Part shown: one piece after another, positions 62,854-64,000 of the stretch
How positions within the stretch are numbered: the stretch's first letter is position 1
Layout: the number at the start of each line of letters is the position of its first letter
Assembly (NCBI GenBank): GCA_023421245.1
Contig: JAEZTV010000015.1
Span: forward strand, 24,360-88,359
Reading direction: 5' to 3'
From: Bacillota bacterium
GTDB lineage: Bacteria; Bacillota; Clostridia; Oscillospirales; Ruminococcaceae
DNA length: 64,000 nucleotides
The notes under the pieces: model-generated
Seen by the model: the letters and a program-made list of their open reading frames with translations, nothing else
The model's database searches: none
What the model was told of the DNA's origin: nothing
Made by a program: the position numbers and the translations under genes

Positions 62854-62882
62854 ATTATAGCACACCATTGTGGTAAATTCAA
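62854..62882 (-). promoter_or_regulatory. near-consensus promoter with no ORF directly downstream
   Basis: Minus strand: TTGAAT, 17 nt, TGcTATAAT. Followed by a ~150-nt hairpin-rich stretch and a second TGGTATAAT box (62688-62696). Confidence 0.6.
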
Positions 62883-62916
62883 ACAAAAGAACCGCCCAGA
62901 CAAAGGGCGGTTCTTG
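62881..62916 (-). terminator. intrinsic terminator of the citrate synthase gene
   Basis: AAGAACCGCCC-TTTGTCT-GGGCGGTTCTT followed by TTGTTTG on the minus strand. Confidence 0.85.
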
Positions 62917-62943
62917 CTGCAATATCGGATATAGTGTAACAGT

Positions 62944-64000
62944 TTATCGTTCGGATAACGGAAGATACTTGTGGCCGCTTTCGATTGTTTTATAAGCGGG
63001 GCGAATAATACGGGCACAGGTGGTCAGCTCCTCAATGCGGTGCGCACACCAGCCGCCCATGCGTGCCACAGCAAACATGGGGGTAAAGAGCTCCGGCGGA
63101 ATACCAAGCATCTTATAAACTAGTCCTGAATAGAAATCAACATTTGCGCCCAACACCTTAGAGCCTCCCTTGAATTCGTAAAACACTTCGGGGGCAAGCT
63201 TTTCAACGAGTTCAAGCAGCTTAAACTCCGCTTCATATTCTCCGCCGTGTGCAAGCTCAAACGCTTTTTCTTTTAGGATGACAGCGCGCGGGTCGCTTTT
63301 GGTGTAGATTGCGTGGCCGATACCGTAGATAAGCCCAGAGCCGTCACATGCCTGCTTATTGATAATCTTACGAAGGAAATCGGCAACCTCCCCCTCGTTT
63401 TCCCAGTTGCTTACTCCTGTTTTAATGCATTCGAGCATATTCATGACCTTTGCGTTTGCACCGCCATGCTTGGGGCCTTTCAGAGACCCAATTGCTCCGG
63501 AGATTGCGGAGTATGTATCGGTGCCCGACGAGGTTAGGGTACGGCACACAAACGTAGAATTATTACCGCCGCCGTGCTCGGCGTGCAGAATAAGCATCAG
63601 GTCAAGCAGCCGAGCTTCATCTTCCGTAAAGGAGCGGTCGGCACGGATAGTGGAAAGGATGTTTTCCGCACAGCTGTGCTCGGTGATGCAGGGGTGCAGC
63701 ACCATGCTGTCGCTGTCAAAGGCGCGGCGCTTTGCCTGATAAGCGTTGACCATAATCGAAGGAAGAATTGCAATGAGCTCAATGCACTGGCGCATCACAT
63801 TTTCAAGAGAGGTGTCGTCTGCGTGCTCATCATAGGAGTACAGTGCAAGAACGGCGCGCGAGAGCATATTCATAATATCGTTAGAAGGCACGTTGATGAT
63901 TACTTCGTTGGTAAAGCGCGGCGGAAGCTCGCGAAAGAGGCAGAGTGTCTGCTTAAAATAATCCAGCTGCTCCTTCGTGGGCAGGCTGCCGAATAAAAGC
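62944..64000 (-). CDS. citrate synthase family protein (N-terminus beyond window end)
   Basis: ILHAEHGGGNNSTF, GPKHGGANAKV, GIGHAIYTKSDPRA motifs. The frame stays open from 63891 to 64000 (…LLFGSLPTKEQLDYFKQTL…), so the track ATG 63891 is internal. Confidence 0.88.
   Translation of the reverse strand, partial: LLFGSLPTKEQLDYFKQTLCLFRELPPRFTNEVIINVPSNDIMNMLSRAVLALYSYDEHADDTSLENVMRQCIELIAILPSIMVNAYQAKRRAFDSDSMVLHPCITEHSCAENILSTIRADRSFTEDEARLLDLMLILHAEHGGGNNSTFVCRTLTSSGTDTYSAISGAIGSLKGPKHGGANAKVMNMLECIKTGVSNWENEGEVADFLRKIINKQACDGSGLIYGIGHAIYTKSDPRAVILKEKAFELAHGGEYEAEFKLLELVEKLAPEVFYEFKGGSKVLGANVDFYSGLVYKMLGIPPELFTPMFAVARMGGWCAHRIEELTTCARIIRPAYKTIESGHKYLPLSER

Noticed and set aside
1-64000. CRISPR arrays, rRNA genes, intact IS elements/transposases, integrases, reverse transcriptases
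   Set aside because: None seen. The only tandem repeats are in-frame coding repeats (methyltransferase, CAP linker, acidic protein) and the aatgcac triplet. The only mobile-element trace is the TnpV-like remnant.

Overview
64-kb chromosomal segment of a Gram-positive anaerobe. The Clostridia / Oscillospiraceae-like assignment is an inference from gene content, GGAGG-type ribosome binding sites (RBS) and moderately high GC. I support 64 protein genes, two of them truncated by the window ends, and one tRNA-Arg(ACG). I see no rRNA, no CRISPR array and no intact transposase or integrase. In window order: a membrane alpha/beta hydrolase; an HD-hydrolase + HTH-fused N6-adenine DNA methyltransferase operon; a TetR/flavodoxin/FMN-binding operon; mscL; an FtsZ-fold-like orphan gene; a MacB/FtsX-type ABC pair with a very long coiled-coil ectodomain; a YgjP-like metallopeptidase. 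Next comes a LacI-controlled sugar ABC importer plus a GH9 endoglucanase lipoprotein. A small AT-rich islet (TnpV-like remnant + three GNAT genes, one broken) abuts the 3' end of tRNA-Arg. Then two YtrA(GntR)-ABC-ABC2 modules and thpR. A six-gene surface-fibre locus follows: acidic surface protein, SipW-type signal peptidase, two BsaA/TasA-like subunits, an MPETG-anchored TasA-like protein and a sortase. After that: XRE-membrane regulator, PNPOx-like protein, CPBP protease, putP, GPH symporter + GH13 alpha-glucosidase, metG, tatD-like, CAP-domain lipoprotein, nitroreductase, an arginine biosynthesis cluster argG-argH-(hydrolase)-argC-argJ-argB-argD-argF, an aldo/keto reductase, a TetR-controlled CrtI-like oxidoreductase/SDR operon, a polytopic membrane protein and a citrate synthase (truncated). 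The most interesting items are: (1) the hybrid SipW/TasA-like + sortase fibre locus; (2) a degenerate FtsZ-fold protein lacking the GTP-binding signature; (3) a ~145-nt structured intergenic repeat present twice with compensatory stem changes; (4) several orphan promoter/terminator/hairpin sets that suggest unannotated small RNAs or leaders; (5) the tRNA-Arg-linked islet. All functional calls come from motif recognition by eye. No database search was run.
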